DNA of 47,395 bases from Salpingoeca rosetta (Eukaryota; Protista; Choanoflagellata): contig JAWQFM010000020.1 of assembly GCA_033442325.1 (NCBI GenBank), positions 1,040,564 through 1,087,958 of the forward strand. Reading direction: 5' to 3'. A program made the translations under genes and the position numbers. The notes below the pieces were generated by a model that saw only the letters and a program-made list of their open reading frames with translations, ran no database searches and was not told where the DNA came from. The first letter of the stretch is position 1; the number at the start of each line of letters is the position of its first letter. Positions 17,900 through 30,977 of the stretch are shown here, piece after piece.

Positions 17900-18938
17900 N
17901 NNNNNNNNNNNNNNNNNNNNNNNNNNNNNNNNNNNNNNNNNNNNNNNNNNNNNNNNNNNNNNNNNNNNNNNNNNNNNNNNNNNNNNNNNNNNNNNNNNNT
18001 GTCTGTCTGTCTGTCTGTGTGTGTGTCTGTCGGTCTGTCTGTCGTCTGTCTGTCTGTGTGTGTGTGTGTGTGTCTGTCTGTGTGTGTGTGTGTCTGTCTG
18101 TCTGTCTGTAATCTGCACCTGGCCGTCCACCTCCGCCCACCCGAGCCCATCGCATCCTGTCTCCGTGCACACGTTGCCATCTGTCATCGCTCACACCTCC
18201 GTCTACCTCCACTCCTATCTCTCGACGCCACATGCCCCCCAAATTGTGCAGTCGGTAGCGAGAACTTCAAGACAACAGAGGCCGATGCCTTGCACATCCT
18301 CGACCTTCTTACAGCGAAATGCCCACAAGGTACCAGCCACAGTGACCCCACGCACACATCACACCCCTCTCTCAGCGCTCGCCTGCACCGCCACATATCT
18401 GCACGCGCATCCCCTCTTCTCTTGCTTGCTGCCTCTTCGTCGGTTGCTTTGACGATGCATGCATGTGTTTCTGCGTACACCTCACCCTGACCACCTGCGT
18501 ACATCTGTCACCGCGCCCCTCTTCTCGCATCTGTTCAGGGTTGAATCAGCCCGATCACCACGGCCTCACGCCGCTCCACCTCGCCGCCATGCACGTGAGC
18601 CATCCGATTGTGTGTGTGTGTGTGTGTCTGTGTCTGTGTGTCTGTGTGTCTGTGTGTGTGTGTGTGTGTGTCTGTGTGTCTGTGTGTGTGTCTTTCGGGC
18701 TGCCTGCGTTTATCCGCTTGTCTGTGTCCGTCTGCCTGTACACAAACAAGCCATGACTGACCCCCCATCATCCCACCACCCCATCACACTACAGGGCCAC
18801 GCTGAGCACGTGTCCCATCTCATCGCTGTGGGCGCAGACGCGACAAAGGCGGACATAAAGGGGCGAACACCCCTTGATCTCGCACGTGCGCGGAGAAAGG
18901 ACAACACCGCAGCCGTGCTGGAGGCATGCAGCAGCTAA
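16768..18938 (+). CDS. Ankyrin repeat protein, ANKRD16-like (an N-gap at 17900-17999 may hide exons)
   Basis: Successive ankyrin repeats: GDTMLHLAARHGH, GHTPLHEAA, AKHADWTALHLAATK, LNKDGWTPMHIAC, SRTQRTPLMTAA, GLTPLHLAAMHGH, KGRTPLDLA. The order and the DWT / NKDGW / RTPL signatures follow my recollection of ANKRD16. Confidence 0.8.
17900..17999. other. Assembly gap (100 N)
   Basis: Run of N flanked by (TG)n. Confidence 1.
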
Positions 18939-19074
18939 TGATGATGATGATGCGCCCATGCAGTGGCTCATGGTCGGTTGAGTCGAAACCATGGTTTGAC
19001 ACAATGGTTTGGTTTGAGTGACAACGACGACGCCGTGTTGCTGTCCACTCCCAGTCCCACCACCACCACCACCA

Positions 19075-19110
<36 letters not shown>

Positions 19111-19471
19111 CCATAATCATCAACAACACCACCACCACCACCTATGGCATCGCCAGTCGTGTTCACCCATAACACGGCCCACTCCTCTTCCCGTCTGAGT
19201 TGCACCGATTACACCACTTTCACAGAATTCATTGTCAGTTAACTGCGACCCTCGTCGTGCACACGCGAAAAGAACACCACAGACGACACAACACAAGCAC
19301 TACCCAGCACGTCCGAAGCTACGTACACACACGCGGAACAGCAATCTGAGAGAATAACGCGCGCATTCACACACACAAACACCTACCTCCACACACACAC
19401 ACACACACATCAGCACAGTGTCTGCAACAATACACCTCCATCCCCTTCCCAAGTCTTTCTCCTACCCCGCG

Positions 19472-20166
19472 TCAGTGGCCGCCCCTGAGATGGAAGATGA
19501 GAAACGTGGCGACAGCGGCAGCAGCAATGCCAAACGACACGGTAGCATTGCCAAGTACGCCGCCTGTCACGGAAAGAGACAGCATGAGGTGGTACAGGCA
19601 TGCTGTGAGTGCAAAGATTGCAGCACAACACGTACATAAACGCTGACACGCACGCACACATGCACACACTTGCACTCACACAAGACGACACGCACGCACA
19701 CACGCAAGACCACACGCATGCACAATCACGCGCGCGCATATACGTGCATACACTCTCATACAAATGCAGGAGCACATGCAGCATGCTACCTTGACTGCCC
19801 GGTGCGTCTCGCTTCGGCCGGCCCCTGTTGTTGCGTCGCGGTGACTGCGGCGGTGCAGAGTCGTGCGTTGATGACGATGATGTCCGGGTGTGGTGGTGAT
19901 GGTGGGACGATGCCTGTCGGCTCGTGTTCAGTGCGTCACCATCATCACCATCACCACCATCGCCATCACCATCATCTCCCATGTGCACACCACTCCAGCC
20001 GCTCGCCTCGCTGGCAGTATCGCCACCGCGCATGTCATGCAGCGGCGTTGGTGTGGACGGGGGCCGGCTCGTGCTCTTCTTCAGCTTGTCCGTTGCGCCC
20101 ATTCCAAATGCGCCTTTGGTGCTCGCGTACCTCTGCACAGCTTGCAGGATGTCCTGGTCTCATTGG

Positions 20167-20235
<69 letters not shown>

Positions 20236-22698
20236 GTGTGTGTGTGTGTGTCAGCGTGCGTGTGTGCGTGTGTGTGTGCAGGTGAGGGATTTGAACGGAG
20301 AACCAGCGTGTAAATACTTCCACACACTGTGACGATATGCACACGTGCACACACTCGCAGTGCACACACGGGTCCTACCAGGAGGATGATGGCAGAGTTG
20401 TAGTGTGCAATGTTGGTGTAGTCGGGGCTGCGGTGCATCGCGTGGCGCGAGATGAAGGCATTGGTGAGCACGTGGTGACTGGCACGCTCCAGCTCGCATG
20501 ACGATACACAAGCAAGCAAGCAAGCAAGCACACGCACACGCACACGCACATGCATACACACACACACATACAAGCATATGCAAGCAAGCGCATGGCAGGG
20601 CGAGTGCGTACTTTGGCTGTCCTGTGTGTCGGATGAACATTTGTAGCACATCCTGATCCAAACACTTGCGGTACCTGAACGCAACGCAACGCAACAGTGT
20701 GGCGGTGTCGGTGGTTGAGGGATGAGCGTCATTGCATTGTGTTCAAACACAACACCAGCAACAACAATCACGTCACACCTCCACCAGCACACACACCACC
20801 AGAAGTGGGCGACATCACATTATGGTGCTCACCATTCGAGTGCCGCTGCGTTGTCGGTCTCTCCAAATGCGCCCTCTTGGTGCAGTTGGCCTGCCGGAAC
20901 AACCATGGGAATGGGGAGGTTGATGGGTCAACGGGTACACGAGTGGTGCAACAAGCATGAGCAGACGGGTGGTCAGTGGCGCGTTCGCCTGATCTTCACA
21001 GCTTCAATGCCGCAACGATACACAAGCCTTTACAGCAAAGAACAAAACCAACGATCACTGCGCCTACACCACCACTACCACCACCACCACCACCACCACC
21101 ACCACCACCACCACCACCACCACCACCACACTCTTCTCTTCGTTCATGTCCCCGCACCGAGCATGAGCATGGCTTGTGGCTGGTGCTGCTCTGCTGCCTG
21201 CTCCAGCAGCTGTCGGCTCCTGTTGGCGTCGCGCGGGATGTGGAACGCGGGCGCACCGGACTGATACACGCGCGCGAGGGCGAGCAGCGCATCTGGATGG
21301 CGCTTGGCAGCCGCCTCCTGCCAGTGGTGCCACTCCCTGGTGACAGTGGCGCATTGGGTGCGGGGTGGTGGTGAAGGTTGGGGGTGAGGACAAGGCTGAG
21401 GGTGAAGGGCGAAGCTTGGTGATGGGGGACGGCACAGTGTGAACAAGTGGATGGTGCTGGAAAGGCACTCGTTCACACCCACTCACACACTCACACATTC
21501 ACTCACTCACTCACTCACTCACTCACTCACTCACTCACTCACTCACTCGCTCACTCACTCACTCACTCACTAACTCACTCACTAACTCGCACAAATACAC
21601 ACTCCCAAGCACTCACGCGTGTGCGTCGCCTTCGGAAGCAAAAAAGTGAGCAAGGTAGATGTGGCTCTGTGCGTCGCACTGCCACGTGTCATCGATATCG
21701 CCCTGAAAGGAAGAGAGCAGGATCCGTGATGAGAGGCATGTGAAGTGTGAATTAGCACACGCGCGCAAATTAACACAAACACAGCCGCAACATACAACAA
21801 GCAGCTTCATGACAGCAGTCAAACCATGAATCCGCAGCTCACCTTGATGGGGTAAGACCAGGAAATGGGGACGCGCTTGAACAGGGATACGCAAACTGTT
21901 GAGACTTCCGCGCCCGCCTGCAGACGCCACCCGCTCTTCTTCGGCAGCACCGTCTGATGCAGTTGACCCTGCCAGCGGCACGACGCAGAGCAGGCACACG
22001 TGCAACGTGCAAACCGTGGGCGTGTGAGTGTTGGGGAAGCAACGGATGAGCAGAGGATGAGCAGCAATCGGACTTGCAGAGGCGAGACGGACAGATAACA
22101 TTTGGGGCGGGAGGAGGCAAGGATGGTCAGACGTACGCAGACGACGGGCTCTTCTCCTTCGACCCAACACTTGATGCATGACTCCTCAATTTCCACCTGT
22201 GGGATTGGCAAGCAGCGAGGAGGGAGATGAGGTGAGAAGCATGCAAAGCACAACAGAACTGAAGTGCATGCACAGGAACTGTGGCACGCCTTGCCCGTCA
22301 CCATGCCGTCCTATATACACATGAACTTGCACGCAGACATGCGCGCATACTACACATGCATACATGTACACATGCATGCATGCATGCATCCTCCCCTCTC
22401 ATTCCAATACCCGTCCCTCCTCCATCCATCCACACACGCACGCGCACACACACACACATGCAGATGCGCACGTTGATGTTGGTGAGGGATGTGGCTGGAT
22501 CAATCTCGAACGTCAGCAGCACCGTGGAATCGCTGCCTTCCTCCCATCGGTAGCCAGGCGCCCTGCACCACCCAACAACACACGCAAGACAGAACGTACA
22601 CACACGCACGCACATGTGCGCGCAGTGGAAGTGAAAGGGGAATTAGCAACAGGATGCAGTGATCGCAGCCAAACCGCGTGCATGGTTCACCGTTTCAT
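19472..22698 (-). CDS. CS (p23/NudC-like) domain + Sel1-like repeats + disordered linker + C-terminal transmembrane tail anchor
   Basis: Phase-consistent splicing gives MKRAPGYRWEEGSDSTVLLTFEI...VEIEESCIKCWVEGEEPVVCGQLHQTVLPKKSGWRL...VSLFKRVPISWSYPIK (CS fold). Then AAAKRHPDALLALARVYQSG...RDANRSRQLLEQAAEQHQPQAMLMLGQLHQEGAFGETDNAAALEWYRKC (Sel1 x2-3). Ends GGVLGNATVSFGIAAAAVATFLIFHLRGGH*. Confidence 0.75.
21495..21590 (+). repeat. Intronic (ACTC)n array, read as (GAGT)n on the sense (-) strand
   Basis: Read directly. Confidence 0.95.
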
Positions 22699-22864
22699 CG
22701 TCCACATTCAAGCATCAACACCACCATCCACGGCTGCTGCAACCTTCAACCACCACACCGCCACCACGCACCGAATCACCGCCATCGTCGTCGCTTGTTC
22801 AGTCTGGTTCCTGAATTTTATTGGATATCTTCTACAATCCATCTACAACGCCCAACACAGTGCA

Positions 22865-22915
<51 letters not shown>

Positions 22916-22956
22916 CACACAACACACAACACACAACACACAACACACACAACACA

Positions 22957-23870
22957 TCAGTCGAGGTCCTCCACGTCTGTGGATGCGACGACTTGGATGA
23001 GAGGCCGTGTGCCGCCGTCACTGCCACCTACTGTGGTAACGCTTGGTTTGTTGGTGCTGTTGCTGTTGGCGCCAATGCCCTCCCATCGTGGCCCACGGCC
23101 CGTCTCAATCTCCTCGGGCACATCGCTGTCCTCGTTGTCTGTCTCATCATCAAGCTCATCATCATCATCATCATCGTCATCACCAATGCGAGCACGTCCA
23201 ACGAGCGTGGTGATCTCTTGTTGCGGCTGTTGCTGCTGCTCCTGCTCTTCGCCGGCACTGCTGCTGTCATCGCTGGCCACCTCCTCAATCAGCATGCGGC
23301 GTGGCTCCTGCTGCGGCTGCGTGATAAACGCGCTCTGCCCCGCGAGCGACGTTGGTGCCGCTTCCTCCTGATCATCAAACTCGTCCACTTCGTCTTCATC
23401 CCACAGCTGCCGCGGTGCGCGTGGCCCCGTGATGTCAATCACGTCTGCACGCACCGCTCCCGAACTCGCCGCTGTCTGCGCCACCTGCTCCTTGGTGGCA
23501 CCAGAGTGTCCGTATTGCTCCCTGTTGTACTGCATCCGCGCGTCCGCCTGCATATCGTCCTGTGGAATCTCCTCCAACTGTGGAGGTGCGCCATCACCAT
23601 CACCATCGTCGTGCTGCGCGTGTCGATACAGGTTATCAAACACGGGGTCACGGCCGAGTGTGGAGCCAACGGTAGCGGCCTCGTGCAGTGCGGGGCTGCC
23701 GTCCACCTCATCTGCATCCTCGTTGTCGGATGTGTCACTCGTCTCCCCGCGTGCTGCGCGTTCCTCCTGCGCCTTTTTCTGAAGATCCCACAGGTACTTG
23801 ACGGCCCGGAACTGGCGCGCTCGCTCCTCCTCGTTCCACCTGCAATCGGGAAGTGGGTGTGGGGGTGCAG

Positions 23871-23964
<94 letters not shown>

Positions 23965-24523
23965 GTGCAGTTGTGGATGTGCGTGTGTGAGTTTGAATTC
24001 AGTACACCACAAGCACGACCATCACCACCACAGGCACGACCATCACCACCACCACCACCACCACCACCAAAGGCACCATCACCACCATCACCATCACCAC
24101 CATCGCCACGGTGTGTACCGTTCTCTCTCCTCGCGCTCGGCCTGGCGACCGCCAACCGCCCACGCCTCTGTGCACGCGCGCTCCTTGTCCCGCACAGGCT
24201 GTGCACACAAAAAACAGAACACAATACAGTGGTGTGGTGTGGTGTGTATGGTGGGGAAACGTGGAAAGAACGCAGTGAGTGGTGGCAGCAAGCAATAATG
24301 CACAAGAGTTCATCGACACAAACACACACACACACGACCAGTACGTGTTGGCACTGACCCTGTCGTCGAGGTAGGTGAGCTGCTTGCACTTGAGGATCAT
24401 CGTCTTGCGGTAGTTCTCGATGGAGCGAATGACAGGGTTGCCCATCAAATTCAGCACACGCAGGTTCTGCCCGTCGTGGTGGTGGTGGTGGTGGTGAATG
24501 TGACCATTAATGAAGTAAGCAAT

Positions 24524-24563
<40 letters not shown>

Positions 24564-25962
24564 GCACGCACGCACGCACACACACGCACACACGCACACA
24601 CACACACACACACACAGCACACACGCACACAGCACACACGCACGCACAATTGCAGACGCACACACATGCACACACAATATTCGCACACACACGCGCGCAC
24701 ATACCGGCATCTGCGCGAACACGTCGACGACATCAGGGTCGGTGATCTTGTTGTGCGAGACGTCAACTACGCTCAGTGATGGGCACTCGATGAGGCCCTT
24801 GAGATCATCTGCCGTCTTGAGGTGGTTGTGCGTGAGCTGGATGGTGCCCAGGTTGTGCAGGTTGGACAGGCCCGTGACGCGTAGGATGGTGTTGTTGCTC
24901 AGGTTGAGCTGGTTGAGGTTGGTGAGCGCATCAAGGTTCTTGATTTCGCGGATCATGTTCTTCTGCAGATATAGACACCGCAGCTCCGTCAACGCGTCTG
25001 TGATGGTGCGGGACAGGCAGGTGTTGTGTGTTGCAGTGAGATGGGGTGCGTTGCAGTGAGATGGGGTGTGTTGCGGTGAGAAGGGGTGCGGTGGGAAGGG
25101 GTGCGATCACTCAGGATGATTTGTGGATGTCACATGCAGCACAAGAGAGACAGGAAACAAACGTTGCCCGTGTGCCCGCACCGAGGTTCTCAATCTCAGA
25201 GATGCCGTTTCCTTCCAGCCAGAGGCAGCGCAGGCCCGTGTACTCCTCCAAGTTCTCGATCTTGGTGAAGCCTGGTGAGTGTGAGGGTGCATGAATGTGT
25301 CGGGGAAGAGTGAGTGTGCACGAGTGCGTGAGTGTGTGCCTGTGTCTGTGTCTGTGTGTGGGGGGGGGGCTTATGTCTGTGCCTGTGTCTGTGCATGTGT
25401 CTGTGCCTGTGTCTGTGCCTGTCTGTGTCTGTGTGACGGCAAAGGTGATGGGGGTGACACTGCTCATTGCACGCAGGTCTGGCTTGCACGAGCTATCCAG
25501 CAACGCGTATCACCTTTGTAGTGCAGATAAAGAATGTCGTTGAGGCTTGGTGTTGTGTACTGCTTCATTTCCTTGCACAGCTGCTTCAGGTACTTCTTCG
25601 TGATCCTGCCATGTATGCACGTTGTCAATGAAGGTGAGCACTGGGAACGAGTGAAACAGGAAAACGAGACAGACACATGAAACGGATACAGATAAACATA
25701 AGCACACATCCACGTACATACATGGATCTTCACACACATTCGCGCACACACACACATGCGTACCCACAAGCACACACACACACACAAGCACACACGCACA
25801 CAAGCACACACGCACACAAGCACACACGCACACATGCACAAGCACACGCAACTGAGCACACGAGCACACATTTGCACACCTGGGCATGTTGGGGTTCTGT
25901 TCTTCCTCGCGCTGCTTAAGGCCCGAGGCTGGCACGACAGCTGTCTGCTCTGTTGGCTGCAT
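22957..25962 (-). CDS. DNAAF1: Dynein axonemal assembly factor 1 (LRRC50/ODA7)
   Basis: Spliced product [56 protein letters not shown]..., SDS22-type LRRs, LRRcap [45 protein letters not shown], then a coiled coil and acidic tail ending DVEDLD*. Confidence 0.95.
25027..25105 (+). repeat. 20-bp minisatellite TGYGTTGCAGTGAGATGGGG x3-4 in a DNAAF1 intron
   Basis: Read directly; copies degenerate towards the right. Confidence 0.85.
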
Positions 25963-26331
25963 GGTGGCGGCGGTGGTGGTGTTGATGGCTGCTTGCTTCT
26001 TTCTTGCTCGGTGCTGGTGCTTGCTTGTTGGGTGCTTGGTTTGGTTTGGTTGCTGGGATGATGGACGTGCGAGGTGTAAGTGCAACGACTGCTTCTTGCT
26101 TTGCTTGTTGGGCGGACGTTTGGGTCGAATATTCGCTTTATTTTCATTCAATTATCCATACTGCCTGCGTTGCCAAGAAGAACCAAGCAAAGAAGGAAAG
26201 CACAAACACACACGCCATCCCATCACAACAGGCAACACAACAACAACACAACACAGCTCGCCCTGCTTGCTCTGACCGCCACAACAGCTAGCCAACACAC
26301 AGACACAGGAGACAAAGCAACCAAACAAGCC
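25963..26331. promoter_or_regulatory. Bidirectional promoter shared by DNAAF1 and RIB43A, with an RFX (X-box) half-site GTTGCCA at 26169-26175
   Basis: Divergent ATGs 369 bp apart. GTTGCCAAGAAGAAC at 26169-26183 and a second half-site AGGCAAC at 26230-26236. GTTGYCA is the RFX motif reported for choanoflagellate ciliary genes. Confidence 0.7.
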
Positions 26332-27449
26332 ATGTTCAAGCTCGACATCCCCCCTGATCCTCGCGAGGTTTGTACGGTGGACGGGTGACAGAGCATAGAA
26401 GCTGCAGCATCGAAGCAGCATTGAAGCAGCCGCATTGACACTCCCATGAGCGCCATACACTCGCCATACATGTATTTGAGTGCTTCAAACACCCTCATTG
26501 TTCTCTCACGCATGGATGAACCTTGTGTCACACAACATCATTGCCACCACAGGCCGCCAAGCTGGAGGCAAAGCGCCGTCGTGCAGAGGAACGAAAGGTG
26601 GGTTGGCTGTGAACGTGATGCTGGTGGACTTTGTACATTGTTGTTGTTGTTGTTGTTGGTGCGCGACTGTTCTGCATCGGCTGTTTGTTCGAAACAGACT
26701 GAGCAAGTTGTACACAACCAACAAAGGTGCATGCACCTACGAACGTGGAAAGCACGTGCTCACTCGCCCCATCTGTTTTATTGTGACTGCTATTACAGAA
26801 CCGCATCTTCAATGCGCGCCAGCGCACCATGGGCCTCGATGTCGAGGCGCTGGAGCAGCAAATCGCAGAGAAGAAGCAGCGCGAGGAAGAGGAAAAGGAA
26901 CGCGAGCGCGCAATGGGTGAGGACACTCACAAACACACAAACACACACACACAGTGAAGGGGGCAGAAGTGCCCCGAATAATGTGTGAAGAATACCACAC
27001 CGCGCTCACATTGCACTGTTGGTTGTTGCACTTGCAGATGCGGAGATGCTTGAGAACGCCAAGCTTGGTTTGATGATGGAGAAGAAGCACCAAGAGCACC
27101 TCCGAACCCGTCGTCTGGTGCGTGTGTCTCTCTGTCTGTGTGTCTGTGTCTGTGTGTGTGTGTGTGTGACTGTCTGCGTGCGTGTGCCTGTCTCTCTGTC
27201 TGTTTGTCTGTTTGTCTGTTTGTCTGCTTGTGTTCACTTCACTTGTGTTCACTCCATCTCACCCTTCACACACCCCACAACCCTTCATCATCTTTCAGGA
27301 GGATGAGGAGTTCCACCGTACACAGCAGGCGCCGGAGACGCGCCGTGAGTTTGACCTCAACGACCCGTCCACCCTGCGCCAAAGCCGCCCGCCCACACAC
27401 GACCCAGACGTCACCCTTGGCATCTCCTCCCTCCAAGTCTTTGACGGCG

Positions 27450-27489
<40 letters not shown>

Positions 27490-27823
27490 ATCTGCCTGTC
27501 CACGTACATTACACATGGTGCTTTATGATCATCACCATCGCCACCGCCCCCCACCGCCGCCACCACCACCACTGCTGCTAAGTTTATGTATTGCATCCCC
27601 GCCCCACCTCACCATCTGTGCTCACCACCGCCGCCACCACCATCTTCCTCAGGATGATGCGTGTACAGACCGCATGCAGACGCAGCGGCAGCAGCAGCGC
27701 GAGTGGATTGCACAGCAGCTCCATGTATGTGTGCAGTAGATGTGTGCATGAGTGCAAATGCATGCAATGAACAAGACTGCCCACTGCTTCATAGTTTGCG
27801 TCTCCTCCGCACGTGCTCACACG

Positions 27824-27891
<68 letters not shown>

Positions 27892-28176
27892 CACACACAC
27901 GCGCTCACACACACACACGCACACATGCACACACACAGGAGCGGCTTGCGAAAGAGGCAGCAGAGGCAGAGGAGGAGGCCGTGTTCCGGGAAGAGGAGAC
28001 GTGGCAGGCGCGGTTCTCCGACGAGGTGCAGCGCAGGCAGGACAATGCCCGCAGACAGGCCGCACGCGAGGCCGCAGAGTACAACAAGCGCATGGTGAGG
28101 CGGGACAGGGACATTGTTGTGCATGGGGGGAGCGTGTGTGCGTGTGTCTGTCTCTCTGTGTATGTATGTATGTGTG

Positions 28177-28211
<35 letters not shown>

Positions 28212-28964
28212 TTGTCTCTGTGTGTGTGTGTGTGATCTTGCCTTGTTCTTTGTTTATTTGCACAGTCGTGTGTGACCATTTTTTAAGAGGCACGGTGAGC
28301 TTCTTCTTCGCCCACTCACCACGTGCTGCCGCGTTGTTCAACATGCCGTCGTGTCAGATGGAGGAGAAGCAGCGGAAGAAGAAGGAGGACAAGCGCCACG
28401 AGTGGCAGCGCGACTATGAGGAGATTATGCAGACCGTACAGGGCGGACTCGTCGCCGAGAAGAGGGATGATGCCGTCAGCCACGGGCCAAGGTAACACGC
28501 ACACTTCTTGGCGCTCTCTGTTATTGTTTGTTTGTGTGTGTGTTTGTTTGTTTGTTTGTGTGTGTGTGTGTGTTTGTTTGTTTGTTTGTTTGTTTGTTTG
28601 TTTGTTTGTTTGTGTGTGTGTCTGTGTGTGTATGTTTGCAATGTGTGTGTGTGTGTGTGTTTGTCTGTGTCTGTGTCTGTGTCTCTGTGTATGTGTCTGT
28701 GTGTGTATCTGTGTCTGTGTCTGTGTCTCTGTGCATGTGTCCTTGAGGGTACTTCTCGACGCTCCCGACTCGGTATGCACCCACCACCTCATCACCATCC
28801 TATGCGTGCTTCCTTCCGTGTGCGAGCAGGAAGGTTGTGCCGGACCGGTACCGCGGGATGACAGAGGACGAGATTGCGCAATATCGCGAAGAGCAAATTC
28901 GCCAGGCCCAGGAAGAGGAGGAGAAACGCGCCCAGATCAAGGAGGAGGAGAGGGTGAGCGTCGC

Positions 28965-29027
<63 letters not shown>

Positions 29028-29304
29028 GTGTGTGTGTGTTTGGTGTGGATACCTCTTTCCCTGTCTGTCTCTCGTCGCGGGCTTTCCCTTCTGTCTCTTT
29101 CTTTTTGCGCGCCTCCCCGTCCTTGCCCGACCCTCAATATCCCATTCACCTCCCAATAACCCGCTTCAACCCCAGATCCTGCAAGAGGCGGCTGTTGCAA
29201 TGTCGCGGGAGGCGCTGCTGCGGGAGCGGCAACTGGAGCGCCAGCGCAAGGAGCAGCTCAGGCGCCAGATGGAGGAAAACGCAATCCTCGCCGAGGAACA
29301 GAAG
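26332..29304 (+). CDS. RIB43A: RIB43A protofilament-ribbon / microtubule inner protein (RIBC1/RIBC2 family); last exon lost in or after the N-gap
   Basis: MFKLDIPPDPREAAKLEAKRRRAEERKNRIFNARQRTMGLDVEALEQQIAEKK..., QQAPETRREFDLNDP, LGISSLQVFDGED and VVPDRYRGMT are all family signatures. The conserved terminal F-x-QF-x-T-x-x-R motif is not visible. Confidence 0.93.
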
Positions 29305-29386
29305 GTGCAGTCGTGGTGCAGCTGGTGGTGGTGGTGGTGGTGGTGGTGGTGGTGGTGGTGGTGGTGGTGGTGGTGGTGATGTGCGC

Positions 29387-29461
<75 letters not shown>

Positions 29462-29478
29462 TGTGTCTGTCTGTCTGT

Positions 29479-29578
29479 NNNNNNNNNNNNNNNNNNNNNN
29501 NNNNNNNNNNNNNNNNNNNNNNNNNNNNNNNNNNNNNNNNNNNNNNNNNNNNNNNNNNNNNNNNNNNNNNNNNNNNNN
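29479..29578. other. Assembly gap (100 N)
   Basis: Run of N; the RIB43A 3' exon is missing here. Confidence 1.
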
Positions 29579-29913
29579 TTTTGTAAAAGAACAAAAAAGA
29601 CCGACAACAAAACCAGCCCTCCTGATCTTCCTCCATAATGCACATCTTCGCCTCGCTCCTCCGTTGTGTGGGGGATCCGCAAGCTGGGTAGTACGTCATT
29701 AATTCAGACTCAGTCCACATGATTGATCCATCCCCTCGCTGTCTTTTGCTCACCCCTCTCTATTCTTCTGGGGTGGGGTGTTATGTTTTTCTTTGCTTTG
29801 CTGGACAGGAACACCGCCCCCCGGTTTAATTTTTATCTATATGGTGGCTCTGGCGAGGGGGGGGGGTATCTTCGGCCCGCGCGGGGTTCGTGTGGTGGTT
29901 CGTGGGCGCCCGT

Positions 29914-30035
<122 letters not shown>

Positions 30036-30977
30036 TACTGACTGTTTGAGGTTCGGGTCGTTTATTGAGTGTTTAAGAGTAGACGCAAGGAGTCGGCGGC
30101 ACCGAAGAACATACTCGATAATGGCCGTGTTCGGATATGGAAACAAGTGGCACACAATCAATAAAGCCTTCACGGTCAGCACATCTCACGCAACCGTCGC
30201 ACCACTGAAAATAAATAGCAAGCAAAGAGCATCAATTCGAAGGATGCCGTATCGCAGGTACTCCTGGAAGCTCTCTGCATCCTCATGAAGCCAATCCAAG
30301 GATCAAGTCAACCTAGTTGCAAGATCATGCGAGGGCCGACAATCCAACAAGGTGTGAGTGTACAGAAGAGAAGGTGTGTATCCAAGGCAAGGGAGAAGAA
30401 AAGGAATGAAAGAGGGAGAAAAGGGGAAACCACGCACGCACAAAGTGAGGTGTATCAAACGCTTTCAATTCCGTTATGCATGTTATAAAAAGGGCACTAG
30501 GAATGCGATCGCGCAGCTACCCGCACCCTCAGACGAGGGTGGTAGGGCTTTGTATCGCTTTGCTTTCAATAAATTGAAGCATGGCGGGCAGGGTGGAAGG
30601 GGACGAGGAGAACCCGCAACCACCCCACCAACAAACGCAAAGCTTGCATGGTGTGCGTTGTGATGTGAAAGAGAAACGGATGGGGAGGGAGACAGAGAAA
30701 GAGAAAAGAGAGGGAGAGACAAAAGAAAAGGAGAGAAAGGGGGGCAAGAGTCGTCACAGGTAGAACACTCACGACATGACACATCACTCACCATCGAGGT
30801 GGTTCACTGGCCGGGTGGCCGACACGTGGCGCTTGCATGAATGAGAGGAAATTTATTAATGCACTTACGAATCTTCTACCACATACACACCACGGCAAAG
30901 TTTGCTCAACTTGCTTCCACGCTTTCAACCAACCATCCTTCCCGTTTTTGCTTGCGGCTCACTGCCTGTCCATGCAA

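Noticed and set aside
22678-24357. Long + strand ORF (559 aa) and similar antisense ORFs over OFD1
   Set aside because: These are antisense shadows of GC-rich coding exons plus microsatellite, with no recognisable domain.
30060-30310. Resemblance of LDWL...FQEYLRY and LFPYPNTAII to the Lines/LINS1 C-terminal domain
   Set aside because: The motifs are very short, there are in-frame stops and no upstream exons; this is not enough to call a gene or pseudogene.
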